From positions 1 through 26,715 of the IMG/VR virus record IMGVR_UViG_3300024247_000018: a stretch of DNA of 26,715 nucleotides, one strand, 5' to 3'. Both the position numbers and the translations under genes were made by a program. The stretch is from a virus. Taxonomy: Duplodnaviria; Caudoviricetes. Positions 1 through 8,433 of the stretch are shown here, one piece after another (the first letter of the stretch is position 1; the number at the start of each line of letters is the position of its first letter). A model generated the notes under the pieces. It was not told where the DNA came from, searched no databases, and was given only the letters and a program-made list of their open reading frames with translations.

Positions 1-777
1 CCAGTTTTTCTCAGGTACACTAGCATTTGTAGTAATACTCATATCTAAATCAGGACGGCCGTTATCAACAACATAGTCTAGCACACGGAATGTATTCTTA
101 TCTAGTAGTGGCTCGCCGCCTGTCATTCTAAAGTGTTTTAGTTTAGGATATAAAGTTGGCCACCATTTCCAAAACGCTTCTACATAAGGATTATGTTCTT
201 TTACTGGAATAGGATATTGTCCTGTTTCTTTAAAATACTCTATACTATTGTGTGGGACCTTTGTAGGATAAGGTCCGTTGCGTTCTATATCTTCTGCCCA
301 CTTGCTACTTAAATGGGGGCTACAATAGCTACACGCTAAATTACATGCATGATTAAAATTTACTTCTAAGTAGCGTGGCTCAATATCTCCATCTGCACCT
401 TTAGCAAGTACATCGTTCCAGCCTTCCTGAGCCCATGGCTCTGATGAACGATAAAACCTATCACTTAAATGGTCTCCTTGCATCGCTTCTACTTTCCAAC
501 AGGTACTGCACCCGCTAGGCTTGCCGCCAGATAACATCTCAGCACGTTCTTGTTTCTTTTGTTTAGTATTGTGAAGTGCTTTAAAGTTTTGTTCAACTTC
601 GTCTGCATCTATTTTATGTAAAGGAGGCAAGAAACAACTATTTGTTAATCCTGTAGTTAAATGTATACTACTCCATAGCCATTTAGCCATACACATTGTA
701 GGTGACAATTCGTCAAGTAACGGAATTACTTCTAGTGCAGCAGCTTGTGGGTCTGTTTCTGTTAATCTTTTAGCCAA
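1..777 (-). CDS. Radical SAM protein with N-terminal Twitch/SPASM-like Cys cluster (3' end runs off the window)
   Basis: Not in the ORF track; translated by hand: (M)AKRLTETDPQAAALEVIPLLDELSPTMCMAKW...NSCFLPPLH...CSTCWKVE...YLEVNFNHACNLACSYCSP...FRMTGGEPLL...ITTN. It has CxxxCxxC and GGEP motifs. Likely TTG start at 777 with GAGGA 6 nt upstream, overlapping the end of 762..1415. The frame is open to base 1. Confidence 0.9.
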   Translation of the reverse strand, partial: MAKRLTETDPQAAALEVIPLLDELSPTMCMAKWLWSSIHLTTGLTNSCFLPPLHKIDADEVEQNFKALHNTKQKKQERAEMLSGGKPSGCSTCWKVEAMQGDHLSDRFYRSSEPWAQEGWNDVLAKGADGDIEPRYLEVNFNHACNLACSYCSPHLSSKWAEDIERNGPYPTKVPHNSIEYFKETGQYPIPVKEHNPYVEAFWKWWPTLYPKLKHFRMTGGEPLLDKNTFRVLDYVVDNGRPDLDMSITTNASVPEKNW

Positions 778-1415
778 GGATATTCCTCTAGTATATATTC
801 TGCAAATACTGTATGTGTTTTAGGTCCAGGATGAGCATTGTCTAACGCATCATCGGCAGAAGGGTAAAGTTTCTTGTCATGAAAGTGACATAAATTTTCA
901 TAATCTTGAGGTGTGGTATACTTTAATTCTAATGTATTTCTTATTTTATGATATATAATTGGTGCAAAACTTATATATTTTATTCCTAAATCCTTTAAGT
1001 AATATCCTGTAAAATCTGCATACATTTTTGAAAGAAATATACCCGTAGCGTCATTATAAATACGACCATAAAACGCTTTTGCAGTTTTATTGGTGCCCGT
1101 GTCCCATGGTCCAATATTTTCATAGCCTATTTCAGTAACTAAATCTAAAATTTTGCACCAGCGTTCTATAAACGTCCAGTGAACTATACATATATCATCT
1201 TTTTGAAATTTGAAGTTTTTTATTCTGTTTACAATTTCTAAATTAGAACACCCTGGCTTCGATTGATTACTAAGTTCTATATCTAACCTTTCTGCTATTA
1301 TAGAAGGCCATGCAAGATTGCTATGCACCGGTCCTGCGTGACCATCTGTTGTACAACAGTCTTGCAATCCGTGACCGTATGTATAACTGCATCCAAATGT
1401 TACTAATCTTTTCAT
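762..1415 (-). CDS. SGNH/GDSL-like hydrolase (possible carbohydrate O-acyl esterase/transferase)
   Basis: Block I-like FGCSYTYG, block II-like SKPGCSN, block V-like DNAHPG (DxxHP). Confidence 0.7.
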   Translation of the reverse strand: MKRLVTFGCSYTYGHGLQDCCTTDGHAGPVHSNLAWPSIIAERLDIELSNQSKPGCSNLEIVNRIKNFKFQKDDICIVHWTFIERWCKILDLVTEIGYENIGPWDTGTNKTAKAFYGRIYNDATGIFLSKMYADFTGYYLKDLGIKYISFAPIIYHKIRNTLELKYTTPQDYENLCHFHDKKLYPSADDALDNAHPGPKTHTVFAEYILEEYPWLKD

Positions 1416-1432
1416 TTACTATATCCAAAAAT

Positions 1433-2707
1433 TTATAATGCTTCTAATAAATTGTTCTTTAGGTCTATATGCATTGTATTTGTTCTATATACCCAATGCC
1501 AGTAATTATGAATCAAAATATCATAACAATCGAAATACATTTGGTTAAGTTCTTTGTCTGATTTGTTTATAATATTTTCAATCTCTTTATATGCTGCTGA
1601 AAGTCGATCTATTTCATCTTCAATAGTATCATAAGTTTCATCAATAATCCCATCAAAGGTTTTGTAACCTAGCTTCCTTAAACACTTAAGATCATTTTGA
1701 GCGCCTATTAAAATAAAGGGCTGCATAAAAATCATAGGTTTAAAAATCTTTTCGCTAAAGAAATTTTGATTATTTGGTAAGTAAGTTTCTGTAACTATAT
1801 GTAAATACGAGTCATAAAATTTTTCTACTTTTAAATCTATTGTAGGATTTTCTGTATTTGCATCAATTCCGTCGTTAAATGTTAGAGGCAAAATGTTTTC
1901 TAATTCTGTAATTTTTTGTATTGTATCGTCGGGTAATTTATCTGACTGAAGCATTAGTTGGTTTATACTTTTATCCCAATAATAAGAACTATCATCTACA
2001 ATCTTATGACAAGTTAAAACACCTTTATGTCTATACTTTGAAAGTAAACTTGCAAGAATTATACGGTGCTTATGCGGTCTCCTATTTAAACATACAAACT
2101 TGTGCTGTCTGTTTTTTCTTGGCAAATGAAACAATCCTTCTCTACCATAATGGTTTACATTAAAACTGCTTTGTCCTAGATACTGTTGTTCCCACCAATT
2201 ATAATATATGTTTTTTGCTCCATACGTCGGTTCTTTCATATTACCTGTCAACATAACAAAATTACTATAAGATAAATTATATCTTTGTTTTATGTAATCT
2301 ATAGCTATTTTAAAGAAGCCCTCATGATCCCAACCTTCCATGTGGTTAATCATAAGTATTTTACATCTACCATTTCTAACATTTTCTAAATGTTCTACAG
2401 GTATATCTATAACATCGCCTAAATCTAACTCATTATGTACAGGATTCCAAGGAATAGGAAAATAATACTTTCCTTTATAAGAAGAAAAATTATCTTTTGT
2501 TAAAAATTTATAAACTTTCCAGGCTATATTTTGTACTGCACCGACTGCTATATATGGATCTCCGTGCGCATGAAATTTGTCAGGATGATCAAGTAGTATC
2601 CGTTTATTTAATCCACAATGAAAACTATGGAGGGCAAATCCATTAGGATCCCTAGGCCAATATTCTTCTACTAAATCATCTCTTGTATAAATGGCAACCT
2701 TTTCCAT
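1433..2707 (-). CDS. Putative glycosyltransferase (C-terminal half resembles GT10/GT-B sugar-nucleotide binding region)
   Basis: 424-aa ORF with FVCLNRRPHKHR and YLHIVTET...FFSEKIFKPM...PFILIG...LGYKTF...IDETYD, reminiscent of the E-(N/T)...(T/S)EK fucosyltransferase motif. CDS certain, function inferred. Confidence 0.5.
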   Translation of the reverse strand: MEKVAIYTRDDLVEEYWPRDPNGFALHSFHCGLNKRILLDHPDKFHAHGDPYIAVGAVQNIAWKVYKFLTKDNFSSYKGKYYFPIPWNPVHNELDLGDVIDIPVEHLENVRNGRCKILMINHMEGWDHEGFFKIAIDYIKQRYNLSYSNFVMLTGNMKEPTYGAKNIYYNWWEQQYLGQSSFNVNHYGREGLFHLPRKNRQHKFVCLNRRPHKHRIILASLLSKYRHKGVLTCHKIVDDSSYYWDKSINQLMLQSDKLPDDTIQKITELENILPLTFNDGIDANTENPTIDLKVEKFYDSYLHIVTETYLPNNQNFFSEKIFKPMIFMQPFILIGAQNDLKCLRKLGYKTFDGIIDETYDTIEDEIDRLSAAYKEIENIINKSDKELNQMYFDCYDILIHNYWHWVYRTNTMHIDLKNNLLEAL

Positions 2708-2708
2708 A

Positions 2709-3629
2709 CTATTCCTCTATATCTATAATTTCATCTAATCTAGTAGGATTTTGATATACTTCTTTAAAAAATTTACTTTGCTTACTACCTAAAGGAGTTA
2801 TTGCTATTGGTATATCTAGTTTACTAATAAGTTTACTACCAAGTTCTTCAATAGAGTCTTGTAGTCCTTCTGTTGATACCTTTGGTTCAACTTCTTCCCA
2901 CATACTATTAAGGTATTCAAAATCGCGGACATTTATGTAATCCCAATCTGTACACATTGTTTTATACAGTCCTTCGCGGGCTCCGTAAATTGCCCATTTT
3001 CCGTATTCTACATCTGCTCCTACCATTAACCAAATATACAAACGATGAAGATTTTTCCAATGATTTTTGTGGAATTCTTCAACAGTGACTTTTACGCCTC
3101 TGTCAAGAGCCATTTTTACACCTTCGCGAAACCCTGCTCTCCATGCTTGTTGTGCTGTTGCATTATTATAAACATCTGAAAAACAACTATTTTGTTGTAT
3201 ATACTGAACGTCCCAACAAAAATCTACTTGTGCATGTGCATTCTTAGGATCTGCGTTTTCATGTGTGCGCATTTTTAAAACGAAATCTTTAGGCCAGCAT
3301 TTTATGCCGCCGTTGCCGTACATTAGCCCATTTACAATATTCTTTCCGGCCCAGCTTATTACACAACTTTGTAAATCAGTATGTTCTTCAAAATTGATTT
3401 CTTGGTCTAAAAAATTTGGTCTAATTCTGTTGTCGCCGTCAATTGTAATAAACCTATCTGTTTCTGAAAGTTCTGCACATGCTTTGTGTGCTGAATCAGA
3501 TCCTTTTACACCGTGTACACGTTTTGCCCATGGCACCTTTGTGCATAGGTCTGCATAATTCTGCTCTGCATTTGGTTCGTCATAGCTTAAATAAATTATA
3601 TCGTAATCTAGAGGTTTGAATTTACTCAT
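2709..3629 (-). CDS. GT-A fold (GT2-like) glycosyltransferase-like protein
   Basis: DIIYLSYDEP first strand, AHKACAE helix, FITIDGDN (DxD), YGNGGIKCW, AWRAGFREGVKM. ATGA overlap with the upstream gene at 3626..3629. Confidence 0.65.
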   Translation of the reverse strand: MSKFKPLDYDIIYLSYDEPNAEQNYADLCTKVPWAKRVHGVKGSDSAHKACAELSETDRFITIDGDNRIRPNFLDQEINFEEHTDLQSCVISWAGKNIVNGLMYGNGGIKCWPKDFVLKMRTHENADPKNAHAQVDFCWDVQYIQQNSCFSDVYNNATAQQAWRAGFREGVKMALDRGVKVTVEEFHKNHWKNLHRLYIWLMVGADVEYGKWAIYGAREGLYKTMCTDWDYINVRDFEYLNSMWEEVEPKVSTEGLQDSIEELGSKLISKLDIPIAITPLGSKQSKFFKEVYQNPTRLDEIIDIEE

Positions 3630-4978
3630 TTAAATATCTCATATCCATAATTTTCAAAGTACTTAGTAGTGTATATACTAAGTTCCATTTCAGTAGGATC
3701 CCAGCCATCGTCAAAGTCTAAATAAATTTCTGTATCTCGAATCATTTGTTCAACAGAAACTGTAATTGACTTTAATAAGATATTTGGGTCATACTTTTCA
3801 GTAACACTAAAATACACAGTGTCATTTTTAGAATACCCTGCAAGTGTTATAAACTTTTTAGTTGCGGGGTCTAAAATTAATTCCCACCTTTTTAATTGAT
3901 TATTTTGTCTAATAAGCAAATCATGTACTTTTCCTGAATGAAAACTGTATAATTCTTTACCTATTAAAAGTTTATCTCCGTTTGTTAACTCGTTATTTTT
4001 TTTACTACTGCTGTGCATTTTTAAAAAGTCTTTTTCTATAGAATAAATGTCTTTAGTAGTTAAATTTATAACACTAAACCCATCATTATTGTATTCTATT
4101 AAATTATTTCCAGAATAGAAAAAAATGTCTCCAAAAGTGTGTTTATGTACAAGTTCATTTATATCAATCATATATAATTTATTATTATCTAAAAACTTAT
4201 CTCCTACAGTAGTCGGATCTTGAAATTTAAGATCTTTATTACTATCATCATATAGAATTACGTTTTCTACAATTAATTCACAATTACGTTTGCTAAAGTT
4301 TGTATTCTTTTTCTGATCTTTTTTAATTTTGTACACATTGCCATTATGATAGACATGTTGTCCAGTCACGTGATCTAGTTCTTTATACCATACATCAACA
4401 TGTATTCCGTCATATATTGGCACAGTGACTTCTAAAGATATTACATGATCTCTTGTTGATATATCTGACAACTTTACATCTTCAACAAAAAGCAATGTAT
4501 TGTCAAAATTAAGATCTTCACCTGGTTCGTTGTCTTTTAAAAATCTATAAACATTGTTGTTAAAAAAGACTAATTGATCTTTCCTATATCCATCTTGTTT
4601 GATAAAAATATCTATACTTACACCGTCGTATATTTTTTCTAAGTTAAAATGTCCTTCGCCGCCATTAATAGTTCTCGAGAATTCATGGATAAAAGATTCA
4701 GCACTATTATAATGATCTTCGTAGTTAATTTCTTTTACGACGACCTGTTTTAATGAAAAATCATATACAACTACAAAATCTGAGACACTTTTAGTTCCTT
4801 CTAAAATAGGCTTTACAATTTCTGTAGCAACTGAAACTATTTCGTATTCGGTGTCGATAGGTCTACGATTGGTAATTTTATATATTTTGCCGGTTGATTT
4901 TTCATAAGAAACATAGCTTTCATTTTGCTGTGCTTGCTGTACTTTAATACTATCGAGTAATTCTCTTAAATTAGACAT
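3626..4978 (-). CDS. Hypothetical protein with internal duplicated CBM5/12-like modules
   Basis: 450-aa ORF coupled to both neighbours (8-nt and 4-nt overlaps). Internal repeat at aa116-172 and aa188-244. Confidence 0.75.
   Translation of the reverse strand: MSNLRELLDSIKVQQAQQNESYVSYEKSTGKIYKITNRRPIDTEYEIVSVATEIVKPILEGTKSVSDFVVVYDFSLKQVVVKEINYEDHYNSAESFIHEFSRTINGGEGHFNLEKIYDGVSIDIFIKQDGYRKDQLVFFNNNVYRFLKDNEPGEDLNFDNTLLFVEDVKLSDISTRDHVISLEVTVPIYDGIHVDVWYKELDHVTGQHVYHNGNVYKIKKDQKKNTNFSKRNCELIVENVILYDDSNKDLKFQDPTTVGDKFLDNNKLYMIDINELVHKHTFGDIFFYSGNNLIEYNNDGFSVINLTTKDIYSIEKDFLKMHSSSKKNNELTNGDKLLIGKELYSFHSGKVHDLLIRQNNQLKRWELILDPATKKFITLAGYSKNDTVYFSVTEKYDPNILLKSITVSVEQMIRDTEIYLDFDDGWDPTEMELSIYTTKYFENYGYEIFK
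4247..4633 (-). repeat. Two diverged ~57-aa protein repeats (4463..4633 and 4247..4417), 72-aa period
   Basis: IYDGVSIDIFIKQDGYRKDQLVFFNNNVYRFLKD...LFVEDVKLSD aligns without gaps to IYDGIHVDVWYKELDHVTGQHVYHNGNVYKIKKD...LIVENVILYD. Confidence 0.8.
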
Positions 4979-5813
4979 TGAGTAACACCTTGTATCTTTC
5001 TAGCACAGGAGTTTTATTTACAAACTCATTTTCTGTGTAGTGTAATATACCTGACTGTAAAAAATTTCCTATTTTTATTTCACATTTAGGATTAACATAA
5101 CATCCTACTTTATCTAACCAACTCTGGGTTACTTGTTCCCAGCCTTGACAATACGGCTTCATGTGAGTGAATGTAGGATTTTTGACATACTTGTTTGTTA
5201 TTTTACTAGTGCAATTTAAATTTATTGACGCAATAGCAGCAACTATATCCATACTAGCAAAGTTAGGAGTAAATTTATCTAGCTCTATTTTATAAAATTC
5301 TTCATAATTTTTAACAATTAATTCTACTTCTTTATAAAAATTTTGAGCAAATTCATTCTTCTTAAAATAATGAAATCCAGAAAAAAGATTAGGAAGATTA
5401 TTATCAATAAATGCTTTTCTATAATAACTTGTATCTGCTATATTTCCTCTGTAATCATAAACTTTACTTGTATAGTATACATCGTAATTTTCTAAAAATT
5501 GCCACCACGAGTCTAAGTTTTCTAACACTAACATATCTGTATCTAAAACAATTGTTTCCTCATACGGTGTAGCATGATACAGTTTCCATCTATTTTCTAT
5601 TTTCCAATCTTTGTCTTTTGCATCATCACCAAACGGAATAGGAATAATGTTATCAAACAAGAATTTATAATTATCTGGTACTTCGTCATCTGTTACAATA
5701 CTAATAGGTGCATTGTTTGTAGCCTTTAAGCTCATTGCTAAAAGACAAGATTGAATAATATAATCACCAGAAGAAGAATTTTGTGCTAATACTAAAAAAC
5801 CTTTATTGTTCAT
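4971..5813 (-). CDS. GT-A fold glycosyltransferase (GT8-like/nucleotide-diphospho-sugar transferase)
   Basis: KGFLVLAQN start, ISIVTD, FDNII, TPYEETIVLDTD (DxD), late FTHMK His motif. Confidence 0.75.
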   Translation of the reverse strand: MNNKGFLVLAQNSSSGDYIIQSCLLAMSLKATNNAPISIVTDDEVPDNYKFLFDNIIPIPFGDDAKDKDWKIENRWKLYHATPYEETIVLDTDMLVLENLDSWWQFLENYDVYYTSKVYDYRGNIADTSYYRKAFIDNNLPNLFSGFHYFKKNEFAQNFYKEVELIVKNYEEFYKIELDKFTPNFASMDIVAAIASINLNCTSKITNKYVKNPTFTHMKPYCQGWEQVTQSWLDKVGCYVNPKCEIKIGNFLQSGILHYTENEFVNKTPVLERYKVLLNV

Positions 5814-6657
5814 TTGCTAGTTCCTTGTCTATTATACGCGACAAACTAAATTTATTCATAACATGTACATTTAATTTTTTTGTAGAAATAGCATGATATT
5901 CGCCGAGGTAATCTTTTTTTGCAACTAAAAAAAGCATATTTTCGTCAGTTACATTCCATAAAATATCTTGGTCTGTAACATATGTTAGTTTTCCTGGCAT
6001 CTTAGCTGCAAACTCTCCTTTTTGAAATCCATTTAAAATATGTATTGCAATACTAAATGCAAAGTCGTTTCTAAACAACAACGACTGAATTTGATAAATT
6101 CTTCTGTAATGATGCCACTCTTGCTGAATATGTTTTATCAAATCAAAAAACATTTTGTTTGTATCGCATTTTCTAAAAAATACACAAGTTGCCCAATAAA
6201 ATTCACAGCCGCTATCGCTGATAAACTCAAACTCTTTAGTGTTTCTAGTATTACTTAAATCATAAGAATCTTTATATAATAATAAGTCATGGGTGCTTTC
6301 GAAACAATTTAAGAACAAATCGTTAGATATAATAAAATCACTATCTAACAAAAGTGTTTCGTCGTATGGTGTTAGATCATATGCTGACGATCTTGAGGAG
6401 TTTTTAAAATTATCAGACTTTGATGATAATCCTCCATCAAAAAAATTACGTAAGTTCTTTGTATTATCGTGATCAATTTCTATTATTTTATCAAAAACAT
6501 TTTCATCAAAGGTTTTTTTCAAATAATCAACTCCATCCGTAATAATAGAAGTAGGTAGATTAAGATGTTGTTTTGCTTTTTTGGCTAGGAAAACAGCTTG
6601 TTTTACATAATCAATGTTACTATTATTTCTAGCAAAAACTATAATACCTTTACTCAT
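5803..6657 (-). CDS. GT-A fold glycosyltransferase (GT8-like), paralogue of 4971..5813
   Basis: KGIIVFARN start, TSIITD, FDKII, TPYDETLLLDSD (DxD), FRNDFAFSIA, VHVMNK. Confidence 0.75.
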   Translation of the reverse strand: MSKGIIVFARNNSNIDYVKQAVFLAKKAKQHLNLPTSIITDGVDYLKKTFDENVFDKIIEIDHDNTKNLRNFFDGGLSSKSDNFKNSSRSSAYDLTPYDETLLLDSDFIISNDLFLNCFESTHDLLLYKDSYDLSNTRNTKEFEFISDSGCEFYWATCVFFRKCDTNKMFFDLIKHIQQEWHHYRRIYQIQSLLFRNDFAFSIAIHILNGFQKGEFAAKMPGKLTYVTDQDILWNVTDENMLFLVAKKDYLGEYHAISTKKLNVHVMNKFSLSRIIDKELANEQ

Positions 6658-7006
6658 TTATTTGATCTACTAACTTTTCTGTTGATCGTTTTGTTTTCAA
6701 TGCAACAAATTCATTGTAATAATCGTTTGATGCATTAAAGTATACATTAAGAATTTCTGTCTGGAACTCTTCGAGATCTGTAACTTGTACAGGAAATTTA
6801 TTATCATCAATAAGAATAATTTCGGTATTTCCTGTCGATAATAATGTGTAACAAAAATTAATTAATTCTCGTGTTACTGTAAACTGAGATCCACTATGAT
6901 AGTAAAGTAGTTCTTGGTTATATTTTTCTTTTAAAACTCTTTTTTGGTTATTGAATGTAACCATGTAATTACTAAAGTCAAGTGCTTTTTGCAAGCGTTC
7001 GTCCAT
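6650..7006 (-). CDS. Hypothetical protein, first gene of the glycosyltransferase operon
   Basis: 118 aa; ATG preceded by AGGAGA; 8-nt overlap with the next gene. No recognisable catalytic motif. Confidence 0.8.
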   Translation of the reverse strand: MDERLQKALDFSNYMVTFNNQKRVLKEKYNQELLYYHSGSQFTVTRELINFCYTLLSTGNTEIILIDDNKFPVQVTDLEEFQTEILNVYFNASNDYYNEFVALKTKRSTEKLVDQINE

Positions 7007-7035
7007 AGAGATTCTCCTATTATACGTTAACTTAT

Positions 7036-7064
7036 AGTATATAACAGATTTTTTGGTTTGTCAA
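7036..7064 (-). promoter_or_regulatory. Sigma70-type promoter TTGACA-17 nt-TATACT
   Basis: Minus strand reads TTGACA (7064..7059), a 17-nt spacer (7058..7042), then TATACT (7041..7036), inside the 70-nt intergenic gap about 30 nt upstream of the ATG at 7006. Confidence 0.8.
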
Positions 7065-7076
7065 GGAAAGATTGGC

Positions 7077-8387
7077 TTATAGATTAGATATTGTAGTGCC
7101 TGTAATAACGCCGCTGTATACTACTGTATCTAAAGTTTGGCCATTGATTAGTATTTCACCGTTAGGTACAGCTAGGAACATTTGAGTAGATGTTGTTCCT
7201 TTAACATATTCGTCTATAGTTTCGCCGTGGAAATCTTGGCATTGTATTTTTATTTGCATGGTACTATTATTGACCATTAATGCATCAATAATTATTTGAT
7301 TATTTGAATAACTAGTAGCACTATTACTTGAATAGATCCTTGTATAAGTAGTACTTAGATCTGCATAACCTTTTGTAGATGTAATTCCGTTTGAATCGCG
7401 TGTTTTATTATAACCTATTCTTATTTGACCAACAGCTGCCATTAAATTTTTCCATCTGTTAGTTTTTAATTCTCCACCAGTATATAATAGCGATAAAGCT
7501 GATCTTATTTCGCCGCCTGCATTGAAGAAACTATTTGTTAATGCTTCGTTTGGAAAATTTACTGTAAAAATATGATTTATAGATGTTCGCCATTGTAAGC
7601 TTCTTGAAGATGATAGTACAAATTGTCCACTAGGTACAAACAACGGAACTATATCTGCCTGATTAACAATGTCTATATCGAATCTGTTAGCGTCTAAACT
7701 TGCAACTTTTGTTTCTAAATTTGATATGTATGCGTCTTCTACTTTATCAGTTGATCCTAAATTTATTGCATAATCGCCTACTACATACGGATCAATACTT
7801 ATACCCGATCCATTTTGATGTGCATCTATACGAACTATATCCTTATATAACTTAATATATTCGATATCATCAACTACGTCTATTATATTATTAACACTAG
7901 AGCTTAACAGTGTTTGTCCGTATCCGTACCCTGCTTCTCCCCTGTCTGATACTACAGTTCCTTTTCCAAAATCTAAAGGACTTTTACTAGGAGTTAGGGC
8001 TCGTTGAGCATCTGTTAGACCGTCTACCTGTACAACTGTTGAAAATTGTGCGGCGTAAAAGAAGTTATATAAAGTTTGTGATTGACTATATCCAAGTGCA
8101 ACAATGTCATTTACCCAATAAGCTATGCCTACAGCTCTTGCTTTTCTGTATAGTCCATATCTTGTGCCGAGACTTGTGCTAAAAGAGTCATTACTCTCAT
8201 AAAGATTTAATATAAAGTCTTTAGCTGCTAGTACATTACTCTTAGAGGCACCACCCCAGTAGGTTGATTTAAATTCATCATACCAGTCGTCCCAGTCATA
8301 TGTTGGACCTGATGCATTACCAAGTATTTGACGTACTCTTCCGTAGAGATCGTTAAATCGCGATGCTGTAATAACAATATTAGGCAA
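7077..8387 (-). CDS. Virion structural/fibre-associated protein (FNxGGEIR family) with a 121-aa inserted domain
   Basis: TTG start with AAGGAG RBS. Paralogous to the N-terminal ~310 aa of 8434..11664 (TASRFNDL/TAARINNL, ILGN, GYGQ, HIFTVNF/HEFTVTF, FNAGGEIR/FNTGGEIR). Structural role inferred from context. Confidence 0.7.
   Translation of the reverse strand: MPNIVITASRFNDLYGRVRQILGNASGPTYDWDDWYDEFKSTYWGGASKSNVLAAKDFILNLYESNDSFSTSLGTRYGLYRKARAVGIAYWVNDIVALGYSQSQTLYNFFYAAQFSTVVQVDGLTDAQRALTPSKSPLDFGKGTVVSDRGEAGYGYGQTLLSSSVNNIIDVVDDIEYIKLYKDIVRIDAHQNGSGISIDPYVVGDYAINLGSTDKVEDAYISNLETKVASLDANRFDIDIVNQADIVPLFVPSGQFVLSSSRSLQWRTSINHIFTVNFPNEALTNSFFNAGGEIRSALSLLYTGGELKTNRWKNLMAAVGQIRIGYNKTRDSNGITSTKGYADLSTTYTRIYSSNSATSYSNNQIIIDALMVNNSTMQIKIQCQDFHGETIDEYVKGTTSTQMFLAVPNGEILINGQTLDTVVYSGVITGTTISNL
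7938..8300 (-). repeat. Inserted domain copy C (aa30-150 of 7077..8387)
   Basis: YDWDDWYDEF...GTRYGLYRKARAVGIAYW...LTPSK...GKGTVVSDRG. It lies between GNASGPT and EAGYGYGQ, which correspond to contiguous GNGSGTTGYGQ in the paralogue. Confidence 0.9.
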
Positions 8388-8405
8388 TCTTTTACTCCTT
8401 AATAC

Positions 8406-8412
8406 TATTTAT
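8406..8412 (-). promoter_or_regulatory. Putative late promoter element ATAAATA
   Basis: ATAAATAGTATTAAGGAG just upstream of the 8387 start. The same motif recurs in the gaps at 13187..13199 and 17781..17787 and resembles the T4 late promoter TATAAATA. Confidence 0.55.
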
Positions 8413-8433
8413 TTCCTGTTACGTATTCATTTT

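Noticed and set aside
2709-3629. Stop-codon reassignment as in some large phages
   Set aside because: TAG (2709..2711), TGA (3626..3628) and TAA all end genes exactly where the next gene starts, and coding density is already near complete with code 11.
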